The notes: a model not told the origin generated them from the sequence alone. Positions 17,849 to 28,042 are shown, numbered from the stretch's first letter. The stretch: 37,193 nt of DNA from Flavobacteriales bacterium (GCA_046596155.1 JBKJNF010000254.1:1-37193), one strand, 5' to 3'. A program made the numbers and translations.

Positions 17849-18013
17849 GGGCAGGTCCTCATCGGGGCAGACATATTGCTCCGCTCGATGAACTGGCGTG
17901 CCTTGTTGGTATTTTCCAACCTTTCGGTATTGACTGCTGCGCCATCACATACAGCCGCAGGTCCTCGCATAGGTCGTTCCGAACGCGCGGGATCACGATC
18001 TTGCGCACCCTTC

Positions 18014-19315
18014 ATGAAGCACATCTTTCCCGGCCGATCCTTCCTGCTTGTGCTGGTGGCCGCACTCGGCTATTTCGTGGACATCTACGACCTGGTGCTG
18101 TTCAACGTGGTGAAGCGCGAAAGCCTGGAGTTCATCCTCGGCGCGGGGAACCCGAACATCAAGGACGTGGGCATCAACCTGTTCAACTGGCAAATGGTGG
18201 GCATGCTGGTGGGCGGCATCCTTTGGGGCGTGTGGGGCGACAAAAAGGGGCGTATCACGGTGCTCTTCGGGAGCATCCTGCTTTACTCCGCGGCCAACGT
18301 GGCCAACGCCTTCACCACTGACCTTACCAGCTATGCCATCGTTCGCTTCATCGCCGGTGTGGGCCTCGCGGGTGAACTGGGTGCGGGCATCACCCTGATC
18401 ACCGAAACGCTGCCGCGCGGCAAACGCGGATACGGTACCATGATCGTGGTAATGGTGGGCGCGCTCGGGGCCGTCCTCGCCTCGCTCGTCGGCGGCCATG
18501 GCGAGGGCATCGCCCGGTGGATCGAGGGGGTCGGCGGACACCATCTGATGAACTGGCAGGTGGCTTATCTGGTGGGCGGCACCATGGGACTGCTGCTGTT
18601 GGCGTTGCGCGTGGGTACATTCGAGAGCGGCCTCTTCGAGAAGTTGAAGGACCGCACCGTGAGCCAGGGCGAAATTCGCCTATTATTCAACGACCGTTCA
18701 CGTTTCCTGCGTTATCTCGGCTGCATCCTCATCGGCGTGCCGGTGTGGTACGTGATCGGCGTGCTGGTGAGCCTGTCGCAGGATGTCTTTGTACCGGCGC
18801 TCAACATCGACATTTCCGCATTGGACATGGCAGGCAGGAAGCAGATCAATGGCGATGTGATCATGTACGCCTACATCGGTCTGAGCCTCGGGGATCTGAT
18901 CAGTGGGCTCCTCAGTCAGGTGTTGCGCAGCCGCAAAAAGGTGATCATGCTCTACCTCGTCGCGAATCTTTTGCTCACCCTGATCTTCCTCTTCGGCATG
19001 CGCGGCGCCAGTATCGCCACGTACAACTGGATGTGCCTCGCCCTGGGCACCGCCACGGGCTATTGGGTGATCTTCGTGACCGTGGCCAGCGAGCAGTTCG
19101 GCACGAACATCCGCAGTACGGTGGCCACCACCACGCCCAACTTCGTGCGTGGCGCCGTGGTCCCGGTCACCAACGCATTCAAGTATCTCGCCCTGCCGCT
19201 GGGCGCTGTGACCGGCGCATTGGTCGTGGGCCTTGTGTGCATCGGCGCGGCCATCTGGGCCACCACGCGGCTGCAGGAGACCTTCAATCGCGATATGGAT
19301 TTCGTGGAAGAGTGA
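18014..19315 (+). CDS. MFS transporter
   Basis: About 12 hydrophobic segments; LGYFVDIYD, motif A GVWGDKKGR, RFIAGVGLAGELG and EQFGTNIRST. Confidence 0.9.
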   Translation: MKHIFPGRSFLLVLVAALGYFVDIYDLVLFNVVKRESLEFILGAGNPNIKDVGINLFNWQMVGMLVGGILWGVWGDKKGRITVLFGSILLYSAANVANAFTTDLTSYAIVRFIAGVGLAGELGAGITLITETLPRGKRGYGTMIVVMVGALGAVLASLVGGHGEGIARWIEGVGGHHLMNWQVAYLVGGTMGLLLLALRVGTFESGLFEKLKDRTVSQGEIRLLFNDRSRFLRYLGCILIGVPVWYVIGVLVSLSQDVFVPALNIDISALDMAGRKQINGDVIMYAYIGLSLGDLISGLLSQVLRSRKKVIMLYLVANLLLTLIFLFGMRGASIATYNWMCLALGTATGYWVIFVTVASEQFGTNIRSTVATTTPNFVRGAVVPVTNAFKYLALPLGAVTGALVVGLVCIGAAIWATTRLQETFNRDMDFVEE

Positions 19316-19316
19316 C

Positions 19317-19361
19317 GCATGGAGCATGTGCCCATTTGAATATGGGACCATGCGGCCATGC
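19317..19361. other. Imperfect intergenic hairpin after the MFS gene
   Basis: Nested arms GCATGG/CCATGC, GCATG/CATGC and CCCAT/ATGGG; no U-tract. Confidence 0.4.
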
Positions 19362-19417
19362 CTGTCCCGTCCTGAAAAAGGCTGACGGGATCCCGTAATT
19401 TCGAGACCCCTTCCCGC

Positions 19418-20104
19418 ATGTTGATGTCCAACAGGAAAACGGTCTCTCGGTCCGATATGTTCAAGGTGGGCACCCAACGGGTGGAGGCCTTGGGCGATGG
19501 GATCTTCGCGATCGCGATGACCTTGATGGTGTTGGAGCTGAAGATCCCCGAATGGCAGGACGAAGTATCCAATGAGCGCGTGTGGCACTATTTGCAGGAC
19601 CTCGCGCCGAGCCTCTTTGCCTTTGCCCTGTCCTTCATCATCCTGGGGATCTTCTGGTTCGCACACCGCTTGGAGTACATCTTCATCAGCTCCAGCAACC
19701 GCAAGCTCATCTGGCTGAACATCCTGTTCTACTTCGCCATCTGCATGATCCCGTTCAGCGCCGCCATGCTCGGCCGTTACAGTGAGGATCAGCTGGTGGA
19801 AGTGTTCTACGGCGTTAACCTGATCGTGGCCGCTGAACTGCTTCATTGGATCTGGAACTATGGCACCTCCATCCCCGAACTCTGCGAACGCGAGGTACCC
19901 AAGGAACTGCGGAAGGAGATCCAACTCCTCTTCGTGTTGGCCCCTGCGGTCTATGCTGTGGCCATCGGCATCAGCTTCGTGGAGCCCAGATGGAGCTTCT
20001 ACTTCTACCTGTTCACTCCGCTGCTCTACCTCATCCCCACGAAGTTGGATCGGTACATGCCTGCCCGCGTGCCCAAGCACCAACATGGAAGGAAAGAGCA
20101 ATGA
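19418..20104 (+). CDS. TMEM175-family (DUF1211) potassium channel-like protein
   Basis: RVEALGDGIFAIAMTLMVLEL, SFIILGIFWFAHR, WLNILF and IPFS motifs. TAATTTCG motif at 19396-19403. Confidence 0.88.
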   Translation: MLMSNRKTVSRSDMFKVGTQRVEALGDGIFAIAMTLMVLELKIPEWQDEVSNERVWHYLQDLAPSLFAFALSFIILGIFWFAHRLEYIFISSSNRKLIWLNILFYFAICMIPFSAAMLGRYSEDQLVEVFYGVNLIVAAELLHWIWNYGTSIPELCEREVPKELRKEIQLLFVLAPAVYAVAIGISFVEPRWSFYFYLFTPLLYLIPTKLDRYMPARVPKHQHGRKEQ

Positions 20105-20216
20105 CCACCCGTTCACCCCGCCGCGAACGGCATTCTAATTGACCATCCGCTCCACGGCCCGACCGGTGCGAAGTGATGCGCCGGGGTATCTTGGCCGCCC
20201 CTTGAACGTGAACCAC

Positions 20217-22469
20217 ATGATGATGCGTAACACCCTGTTCGCCGCGGGTCTGCTGATCGCGGCCTTCTCGCTCTCCGCCCAGAAACAACTCAGCAACCAG
20301 GACATCTGGTACAGTCCGGCCTTCGGTGCCGAGCGTGTGGGTGGCCTCAACAGTATGAACGATGGCCTTCGCTATACTTCACAGGAAGAGGAAGGTGGGA
20401 CGCCGGTGATCAACGTATTCGACTATCGCACGGGCAGCAAGCTGAGCACCCTGATGAATGGCAAGGATCTGATGCTGCCGGGTGCAAAAACCCCCATCGG
20501 CTTCGATGGCTACCACCTCAGCGGCGATGAGAAACTGATGATGATCGAGAGCGCCACTGAGCCCCTCTACCGCTACAGCTATTACGCTTACAACTACATC
20601 TACGACCTAAAGGGCAAGAGCTTGAAACCACTGAGCGATACCACCAAGGCCAAGCAACGTCTGGCCACGTTCAGCCCGGATGGAAGCCACGCCGCGTTCG
20701 TGCGCGATAACAACCTCTTCGTGGTGGATCTGACGACGATGCAGGAGACCGCCGTTACCCGCGATGGCCAGTGGAACAAGGTGATCAACGGGGCAACGGA
20801 CTGGGTGTACGAAGAGGAATTCGCGCTGGTGCAGGGCTACCAATGGAGCCCTGACGGCAACCGCATCATCTTCCTGCGCAGCGATGAGAGCGAGGTGAAG
20901 GAGTTCGACATCGCGATGTACAAGGACCAGTTGTACCCGAGCGGCTACCACTACAAATACCCGAAAGCAGGTGAAACGAACAGCGAAGTGAGCCTGACCG
21001 TGTACGACCTACGCGGCGGCATCAACACGCGCGTGCCACTGGGCACGGATGAAGTGGACATCTACCTCCCGCGCTTCGGCTTCACCAACAATGAAGAGAC
21101 CGTGTGGTTCATGCGCATGAACCGCCTCCAGAACGAGAAGCGCATCTACACAGTACCTGTCCCCGTGCTCAAGCAAGGCCCCGGCGCTCTTGCACCACAG
21201 GAGGTATACAACGAACAAAGCAGAACATACATCGAGGTTACGGATGACCTCTTCTTCCTGAAGGACGGAAGTGGCTTCGTGATCACCAGCGAGAGCAGCG
21301 GCTGGAACCAGATCTACTTCTGCCCAATGGGTGGCAAGGCCACCACGAAGCCCGCTACGCTTTCCGCCAGTGCCAAGCGCGCGATCACAACGGGCAGCTT
21401 CGACGTTGCCGGTGTGAAGGGCATCGACGAGGCTGGTAAGCGCGTGATCTTCACCGCCAGCATGAAGGACCCGATGCACCAAGAGGTATACGCGATGGGG
21501 CTCAACGGCAAGGGCCTGAAGGAACTTTCGCCCGTGGGCGGCAGCAGCGATGCAGAGTTCAGCACCGGCTTCAAGTACTTCATCAACACGCACAGCACGG
21601 CCAACGAACCCGAGACCATCACGCTGCACGATGGTCAGGGAAAGCTGGTGAAGACCTTGAAGGACAACGTCAAGCTGCGCAACAAGCTGAAGGAATACGA
21701 CCTGCCCCAGAAGGAGTTCATGAAGATCGCCCTGGACAACGGCACCGAGCTGAACGCGTGGATCATCAAGCCGCCCAAGTTCGACAGCCGCCAGCAGTAC
21801 CCCGTGTTCATGACGCAATACAGCGGGCCCAACAGCAATGAGGTGCTCGACCAGTGGGGCGGTCGCAACCTCCTCTGGCACCAACTGCTCGCGCAGAAGG
21901 GCTACATCGTGGTGTGCGCCGATCCCCGCGGCACGGGTCGTCGCGGGCATGACTTCCGCCACATCACCTACGGCCAGCTGGGCAAATACGAAACAGAGGA
22001 CCAGATCGGCGTGGCCAAGTGGCTCGGCGCGCAGCCCTACGTGGACAAACAGCGCATCGGCATCCAAGGCTGGAGCTATGGTGGGTACATGAGCAGCTTG
22101 TGCATCACCAAGGGCGCTGGCTTCTTCAAGGCCGCCATCGCCGTGGCACCTGTGACCAACTGGCGCTACTACGACAGCATCTACACCGAGCGCTACATGG
22201 GCCTTCCCAAGGACAACGCCACCGGCTACGATGACAATAGCCCGATCAACCACGTGGATAAGCTACGCGGCAAGTACCTGCTCATCCACGGTTTGGCCGA
22301 TGACAACGTGCACTTTCAGAACAGCGCCCAAATGCTGACCGCGCTGGTGAAGGCGAACAAGACATTCGACTTCATGGCCTACCCGGACAAGAACCATGGT
22401 ATCTATGGCGGCACCACGCGCCTCCACCTGTACGAGAAGATGACCAACTTCCTCCTTCAGAACCTTTAA
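20217..22469 (+). CDS. Dipeptidyl peptidase IV (S9B serine peptidase)
   Basis: Signal peptide ending LSA-Q; DWVYEEE double-Glu motif, YPKAG, GWSYGG nucleophile, DDNVH and KNHGI. Start could be any of three Met codons (20217-20223). Confidence 0.93.
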   Translation: MMMRNTLFAAGLLIAAFSLSAQKQLSNQDIWYSPAFGAERVGGLNSMNDGLRYTSQEEEGGTPVINVFDYRTGSKLSTLMNGKDLMLPGAKTPIGFDGYHLSGDEKLMMIESATEPLYRYSYYAYNYIYDLKGKSLKPLSDTTKAKQRLATFSPDGSHAAFVRDNNLFVVDLTTMQETAVTRDGQWNKVINGATDWVYEEEFALVQGYQWSPDGNRIIFLRSDESEVKEFDIAMYKDQLYPSGYHYKYPKAGETNSEVSLTVYDLRGGINTRVPLGTDEVDIYLPRFGFTNNEETVWFMRMNRLQNEKRIYTVPVPVLKQGPGALAPQEVYNEQSRTYIEVTDDLFFLKDGSGFVITSESSGWNQIYFCPMGGKATTKPATLSASAKRAITTGSFDVAGVKGIDEAGKRVIFTASMKDPMHQEVYAMGLNGKGLKELSPVGGSSDAEFSTGFKYFINTHSTANEPETITLHDGQGKLVKTLKDNVKLRNKLKEYDLPQKEFMKIALDNGTELNAWIIKPPKFDSRQQYPVFMTQYSGPNSNEVLDQWGGRNLLWHQLLAQKGYIVVCADPRGTGRRGHDFRHITYGQLGKYETEDQIGVAKWLGAQPYVDKQRIGIQGWSYGGYMSSLCITKGAGFFKAAIAVAPVTNWRYYDSIYTERYMGLPKDNATGYDDNSPINHVDKLRGKYLLIHGLADDNVHFQNSAQMLTALVKANKTFDFMAYPDKNHGIYGGTTRLHLYEKMTNFLLQNL

Positions 22470-22604
22470 GAGGCGAGGGACCAGGGAACGCTGGATCTGA
22501 GAAGCGGGCCAAGGGGTTCCCTTCTCCGTTTTACCCGCCCGTATTCCACGATTCCTCGGTTCTGCTACCTTCCCCGCCGATCGGACCAAAACAGACCTCC
22601 TCGC

Positions 22605-24149
22605 ATGAGCAACACGACCATCGAACAAGGCCACCCCAAGGGGCTGTACCTGCTGTTCTTCACCGAAATGTGGGAACGCTTCAGCTATTATGGCATGCGG
22701 GCGATCTTCATCCTGTTCATGACCAAGGCCCTGTTCATGGGCAACGCCGAAGCGAGCAACATCTATGGCAGCTTCACCGGCCTCGTTTACCTCACCCCGC
22801 TGCTCGGCGGCTACATCAGCGATCGCTACTGGGGCAACCGGCGCAGCATTTTCGTGGGCGGCATCCTGATGGCCATCGGTCAGTTCCTCCTCTTCTTCAG
22901 CGGTAGCTATGTAACAGAAGGGGTGCAGAGCGCAGGTGCCATCAGCACCATGTGGGCAGGCCTTACGCTGATCATCATTGGGAACGGGTTCTTCAAACCG
23001 AACATCAGCACCATGGTGGGGCAGCTGTACCCCAAGAACGACCGACGCATTGATGGGGCCTTCACCATCTTCTATATGGGCATCAACCTCGGCGCTCTTT
23101 TCGCACCGCTGATCTGTGGTGGCCTTGGCGACACCGGGAATATCTTCGACTTCAAGTGGGGATTCCTCTCGGCGGGCATCGGCATGATCGTGAGCGTGAT
23201 CTCCTTCGAGCTGATGAAGAACAAGTATCTGGTGGACGCTGCGGGCAACCACATCGGGATGCCCAAGCAGAAGATGGACATAAAGACCGTAGCCACCATC
23301 CTAGGCGCGGTGGCCCTGATGTTCGTGCTGCTCAACTTCAAGACCTGGTTCAAGGTGGACATCGACCCGATCGGCTACCTGATCTATGGGGCCATGGTGG
23401 CCATGCCCATCGTGATCTTCAGCGACAAGAGTTTGGTGCACGAAGAGAAGCAGCGCATCAGCGTGATCTTCATCCTGGCCTTCTTCGTGATCTTCTTCTG
23501 GGCCTGTTTCGAGCAGGCAGGTGCTTCGCTAACCCTCTTCGCCGATCAGCAGACCGAACGCCACATCGCGGGATGGGAGATGCCCGCGTCGTACTTCCAA
23601 AGCGTGAACCCATTCCTCATCATCATCCTAGCACCGTTGTTCAGCATGCTGTGGATCGGCTTGGGCAAGCGCGGCTGGGAGCCCTCATCACCGTTGAAAA
23701 TGGCCATCGGCCTTGCGCTTTTGGCCATCGGCTACATGGTGATCGCCTTCGGTGTACATGGCGTTGATGCCAGCGCCAAGATCAGCATGTGGTGGCTCAT
23801 AACCTTGTATGGCCTGCATACCATGGGCGAGCTCTGCCTCTCCCCGATCGGGTTGAGCATGGTGAGCAAACTTGCTCCACTACGCCTGTCATCGCTGCTC
23901 ATGGGCACCTGGTTCCTGGCCAACGCGGCAGCGAACAAGTTCGCAGGGACCTTGAGCGCTCTGATCCCCCCCGGTGCAGGGGAGAGCGCCACACCGGCCG
24001 TTGAGGTGAAGATCCCCATGCTCATGGGCATCCCCATCGACAACCTGTTCACCTTCTTCATGGTGTTCATTGTGCTCAGCGGCAGCGCGGCCGTCATCCT
24101 GGTGCTGATCCACCGCTGGCTGCAAGGCCGCATGCACGGAGTGAACTAG
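22605..24149 (+). CDS. POT/PTR proton-coupled oligopeptide transporter 1
   Basis: EMWERFSYYGMR, GNGFFKPN, FYMGINLG, FEQ, FQSVNP and GELCLSP motifs. Confidence 0.95.
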   Translation: MSNTTIEQGHPKGLYLLFFTEMWERFSYYGMRAIFILFMTKALFMGNAEASNIYGSFTGLVYLTPLLGGYISDRYWGNRRSIFVGGILMAIGQFLLFFSGSYVTEGVQSAGAISTMWAGLTLIIIGNGFFKPNISTMVGQLYPKNDRRIDGAFTIFYMGINLGALFAPLICGGLGDTGNIFDFKWGFLSAGIGMIVSVISFELMKNKYLVDAAGNHIGMPKQKMDIKTVATILGAVALMFVLLNFKTWFKVDIDPIGYLIYGAMVAMPIVIFSDKSLVHEEKQRISVIFILAFFVIFFWACFEQAGASLTLFADQQTERHIAGWEMPASYFQSVNPFLIIILAPLFSMLWIGLGKRGWEPSSPLKMAIGLALLAIGYMVIAFGVHGVDASAKISMWWLITLYGLHTMGELCLSPIGLSMVSKLAPLRLSSLLMGTWFLANAAANKFAGTLSALIPPGAGESATPAVEVKIPMLMGIPIDNLFTFFMVFIVLSGSAAVILVLIHRWLQGRMHGVN

Positions 24150-24273
24150 CCAGCAGCATTCATCGGCGCATGTTGCAGACTGCCGCACTGATGTTTCACC
24201 GGTGCCGTTCACGCGTTGTGAACATCGGCGATTCCGCCAATACGAGCGATCATCCATTCCGCCGTAGAACAGC

Positions 24274-25911
24274 ATGACCCCACAAGGCAAACACCCACGG
24301 GGCTTGCCCTTCCTGTTCCTCACCGAGATGTGGGAGCGCTTCGGGTACTACCTGATGATCGGTATCTTCCAGCTGTACCTGATGGACCCGGTGTCCACCG
24401 GCGGCATGGCCATGGACCGCAAGGATGCTGCGGATATCTACGGCACCTTCATCGCGCTGGTGTTCCTCACGCCCTTCCTCGGCGGCCTCCTCGCCGACCG
24501 TGTACTGGGATACAGCCGCGCCATCTTCCTCGGCGGCACGCTCATGGGCCTTGGCTATATCGGACTCTCGCTTCCGGGCATGACCGCCTTCTATGCATCA
24601 TTGGCGCTGATCATCATCGGCAATGGGTTCTTCAAGCCCAACATCAGCACCTTGCTGGGCAACCTGTATAGTGTTGACCACTACCGCGCCCAGAAGGACA
24701 GCGGGTACAACATCTTCTACATGGGCATCAACATCGGTGCCTGCATCTGCAACCTCTTCGCGGCCTACATGCGCAACCGCTATGGCTGGGGCTACGCCTT
24801 CGCCACGGCCGGCGTGGGCATGTTCATCGGGCTTATCGTGTTCGCCATCGGCCTGCGCCACTACCGCCACGCCGATATAAGGAAGCCGGTGCAGAAGGAG
24901 GATATGCCCTTGAGCCGCATACTTACCACCGTATTCCTACCCGCCATCATCGTGGGCATTGCTGCATGGTCGTTCCCCGGCAACTTGCTTGGCAGCGACT
25001 CCACGGATGCCTTCATCTTCGCTACCATCCCGGTGATCATCTTCTACATTGGCCTCTATCTACGCGCGTCGCTGGAGGACAAGAAGCCGCTGCTCGGCCT
25101 GCTGAGCATATTCGCCGTAAGCGTCATGTTCTGGGCGGTGTTCAAGCAGAACGGCACAGCCCTCACCACTTGGGCACAGTACTACACCGATCGTGAACTG
25201 CCTGCGGCGATCGTACCCCTGGGCGAATCGCTCTACCAAGTGGAGAAGCCCGTGAACGCGGTGGATTCCGTGGTGGCCTATGACGATGACTTCAAGGTGA
25301 TCAAGGTGGACGGCAAGGAGCAGAAGGTCCTGGGCAGGCCCGTGTACTACAAGAACATGCAGCCGGAGCTGTTCCCGCCCGAGGGACAGCCGGCCTACAT
25401 CCTGAACACCGAGCTCTTCCAGTCCGTGAACCCGCTGTGGGTGGTGATCCTCACGCCCTTCGTGGTGGGCTTCTTCGCCTTCCTGCGCAAGCGCGGGCGC
25501 GAACCCAGCACGGCCAGCAAGATCGGCTGGGGCCTGCTCGTTTCGGCCCTGTCCACCTTGGTCATGGTGTGGGCTGTGCACATCTGCCAGAACGGCGCCA
25601 TCAAGGCCTCGGCGTGGTGGCTGATCGCCAGCTACGGCGTGGTGACCGTAGGCGAACTTATGCTCAGCCCAATGGGCCTTTCGTTGGTGAGCAAAGTGAG
25701 CCCCACGCGCCTCACCGCCCTGATGATGGGCGGCTGGTTCCTTTCCACCTCCATCGGCAACAAGCTCTCCGGTATCCTCGCCAGCCTGTGGGACACCTAC
25801 GAGGACAAGAGCCACTTCTTCCTGGTGAACTTCGGCCTGCTGATGATCGCCACCATCATCATGTTCGTGATGTTGCGCTGGCTCAACCGCATCATCCCGG
25901 AAAAGAAGTAG
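24274..25911 (+). CDS. POT/PTR oligopeptide transporter 2 (atypical)
   Basis: EMWERFGYYLMI, GNGFFKPN, FYMGINIG, FKQ, long loop, FQSVNP and GELMLSP. Confidence 0.93.
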   Translation: MTPQGKHPRGLPFLFLTEMWERFGYYLMIGIFQLYLMDPVSTGGMAMDRKDAADIYGTFIALVFLTPFLGGLLADRVLGYSRAIFLGGTLMGLGYIGLSLPGMTAFYASLALIIIGNGFFKPNISTLLGNLYSVDHYRAQKDSGYNIFYMGINIGACICNLFAAYMRNRYGWGYAFATAGVGMFIGLIVFAIGLRHYRHADIRKPVQKEDMPLSRILTTVFLPAIIVGIAAWSFPGNLLGSDSTDAFIFATIPVIIFYIGLYLRASLEDKKPLLGLLSIFAVSVMFWAVFKQNGTALTTWAQYYTDRELPAAIVPLGESLYQVEKPVNAVDSVVAYDDDFKVIKVDGKEQKVLGRPVYYKNMQPELFPPEGQPAYILNTELFQSVNPLWVVILTPFVVGFFAFLRKRGREPSTASKIGWGLLVSALSTLVMVWAVHICQNGAIKASAWWLIASYGVVTVGELMLSPMGLSLVSKVSPTRLTALMMGGWFLSTSIGNKLSGILASLWDTYEDKSHFFLVNFGLLMIATIIMFVMLRWLNRIIPEKK

Positions 25912-25923
25912 ATCTTCATCCCC

Positions 25924-27408
25924 ATGAACAGCTCCCCCACCCTCGACCAGATCCGCAACTTCGAAGGGAAGTATCCCCGGCAGCTCTGGTACCTCTTCGG
26001 CACCGAGATGTGGGAGCGGTTCTGCTTCTACGGCATGCGCGGCATGCTTACTGTGTTCATGGTAACCAAGCTGGGGCTCGACGACCGCACCGCGAACCTG
26101 CAGTACGGCGCCATCCAGGCCTTCGTGTACGCCTTCACCTTCATCGGCGGCGTGTTCGCCGACAAGATCCTTGGCTTCCAGAAGTCGCTCGTGTGGGGCG
26201 CGCTGCTGATGATCCTCGGGGGACTCGTGATCGCCTTTGCACCCAACGAGCTTTTCTACATCGGCACCAGCTTCTCCATCATCGGCACGGGCTTCTTCAA
26301 GCCGAACATCAGCACCATGGTAGGCCAGCTTTACAATGACACCGACAGTCGACGTGATGCGGGCTTCAGCCTCTTCTACGCGGGCATCAACCTGGGCGCA
26401 TTGCTCGGTGGCATCATCATGGTGTACGTAGGCAAGTACTATTCCTGGAGCCTGGCCTTCGGACTGGTCTCCGTGGTGATGACGATCAGCTTGATCAACT
26501 TCTTCCTTACCCGCAGATCGCTCGGTCCCATCGGACTTTCCCCGCTCCATCCGGATACCACACCAACACGTCGTCGCTACCTGGAGATCGGTACCTACAT
26601 CGCGTCGTTGATCGCTGTGCCCATCATTCTCGCCCTCGTTACTGTGCCGCGCAACACGGACCTGTTCATGTACATCATCGGCCCGGCCACGTTGGTCTAC
26701 CTGGCCTTTGAAATGCGCAAGTTCTCCTGGGCACAGAACAAGAAGCTCCTCGCCGCGCTGGTGTTCATTTTCTTCTCCATCCTCTTCTGGGCCTTCTTCG
26801 AACAGAGCGGCGGCTCGCTCAGTCTGTTCGCATTGAACAATCTGCGGGGCACCTTCTTCGGCATCCCTATGGACCCGAACGCGGTGAACAATTCCGCCAA
26901 TTCCCTCTTCGTGATCGTCTTCGCGGCGCTGTTGGGCCTGCTGTGGGTTTGGTTGAGCAAACGGAAAATGGAGCCCAACTCCGTAGTGAAGTTCGGCCTC
27001 GGGTTCCTGTTGCTCGCCGTCGCGTTCTATGTATTCTACGCCACCATCCACTTCGCCGATTCGAACGGTGTAACGTCCCTGGAGGTCTTCACATTGGGCT
27101 ACTTCGTTATCACGTTCGGCGAGCTCTGCCTTTCGCCCATCGGCCTCTCGCTCATGACCAAGCTTTCACCGAACTCGGTGCAGGGCCTTATGATGGGCAT
27201 GTGGTTCCTGGCCAGCGCCTACGGCCAGTACGTTGCCGGCCTGCTCGGGGCCGGTATGAGCACCGCCGACCAGAACGCCCCGAACATCGAAAAGCTGCAA
27301 TCCTATACCTCGGGTTACCTGCAGCTTGGCATCTACGCGCTGATCGCGGGTGTGGTGCTCATCGCCCTGTCTCCCTTGGTGAAAAAGCTGATGGGCAACA
27401 TTCACTGA
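25924..27408 (+). CDS. POT/PTR oligopeptide transporter 3
   Basis: EMWERFCFYGMR, GTGFFKPN, FYAGINLG, FEQ and GELCLSP motifs. Confidence 0.93.
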   Translation: MNSSPTLDQIRNFEGKYPRQLWYLFGTEMWERFCFYGMRGMLTVFMVTKLGLDDRTANLQYGAIQAFVYAFTFIGGVFADKILGFQKSLVWGALLMILGGLVIAFAPNELFYIGTSFSIIGTGFFKPNISTMVGQLYNDTDSRRDAGFSLFYAGINLGALLGGIIMVYVGKYYSWSLAFGLVSVVMTISLINFFLTRRSLGPIGLSPLHPDTTPTRRRYLEIGTYIASLIAVPIILALVTVPRNTDLFMYIIGPATLVYLAFEMRKFSWAQNKKLLAALVFIFFSILFWAFFEQSGGSLSLFALNNLRGTFFGIPMDPNAVNNSANSLFVIVFAALLGLLWVWLSKRKMEPNSVVKFGLGFLLLAVAFYVFYATIHFADSNGVTSLEVFTLGYFVITFGELCLSPIGLSLMTKLSPNSVQGLMMGMWFLASAYGQYVAGLLGAGMSTADQNAPNIEKLQSYTSGYLQLGIYALIAGVVLIALSPLVKKLMGNIH

Positions 27409-27460
27409 TACGCCAACAGGCACGGTACTTGTAACTTCGGGCTAACAGAGACCCACCACC

Positions 27461-28042
27461 ATGCGCTTCCCGCTGCTCCTTTCCGCTGCACTTCCACTCT
27501 TGGCCTTTGCCCAGGACCATGGCGGTGCTGTTCCTGCCGACCATGGTGATGCCCTTGTAAAATGGGTGCCGATCGGCGAAGCCCAGAAAGCCGCCATGGC
27601 CGATGGCAAGCCGTTGATGGTGGACATGTGGACGCCTTGGTGCGGCTGGTGCAAGAAGATGGATGCCGCTACCTTCCGCGATGAACAGACCGCAGCGTAC
27701 ATCAATGCCAACTTCCATCCCGTGTCCTTCAACGCCGAAGGACCGGACACGGTGTTTTACAACGACCAGAAGTACATCAACACGGCATACGATCCCAAGC
27801 TGCAGGGCGGCCGCAACGGCACCCACCCCTGGACCCAGGCCGTGGCCGCGGCCAATGGCGGCATCGGCTACCCCACCATCGTTTACATCGCAGCGGATGG
27901 CACGCTGATCGGCCCCGACCCGGGGTTCAAGTCGCCCGAGGATATCGAATCTGTCCTGCGCTACGTGCGCGAAGGCGCCTACAAGACCATGTCCTTCGCC
28001 GATTTTCGCGCCACGTTCAAGAGCGCCCGCACCGGGAATTGA
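27461..28042 (+). CDS. Exported thioredoxin-fold protein (DUF255/thioredoxin-like)
   Basis: Signal peptide ending AFA-Q; KPLMVDMWTPWCGWCKKMD CxxC motif; cis-Pro motif GYPT. TAACTTCG at 27432-27439. Confidence 0.9.
   Translation: MRFPLLLSAALPLLAFAQDHGGAVPADHGDALVKWVPIGEAQKAAMADGKPLMVDMWTPWCGWCKKMDAATFRDEQTAAYINANFHPVSFNAEGPDTVFYNDQKYINTAYDPKLQGGRNGTHPWTQAVAAANGGIGYPTIVYIAADGTLIGPDPGFKSPEDIESVLRYVREGAYKTMSFADFRATFKSARTGN

Noticed and set aside
17851-17966. 10-bp direct repeat GCAGGTCCTC (17851 and 17957) as a target-site duplication
   Set aside because: No terminal inverted repeats or transposase remnant between the copies; could be chance.
18698-20116. 472-aa antisense ORF across the MFS and TMEM175 genes
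   Set aside because: Antisense shadow with His/Gln/Asp-rich composition typical of reversed membrane protein codons.
21009-23252. 414-aa and 329-aa antisense ORFs over DPP-IV and POT1
   Set aside because: Fully explained as shadows of well-supported sense genes.
24150-24273. Short repeats (CATCGGCG, ATTCCGCC) and small hairpins between POT1 and POT2
   Set aside because: Stems are short for GC-rich DNA, with no U-tract or recognisable RNA motif.
25060-27051. 663-aa antisense ORF over POT2/POT3
   Set aside because: Shadow frame of strongly GC3-biased genes; no recognisable motifs, while the + strand genes are clear family members.
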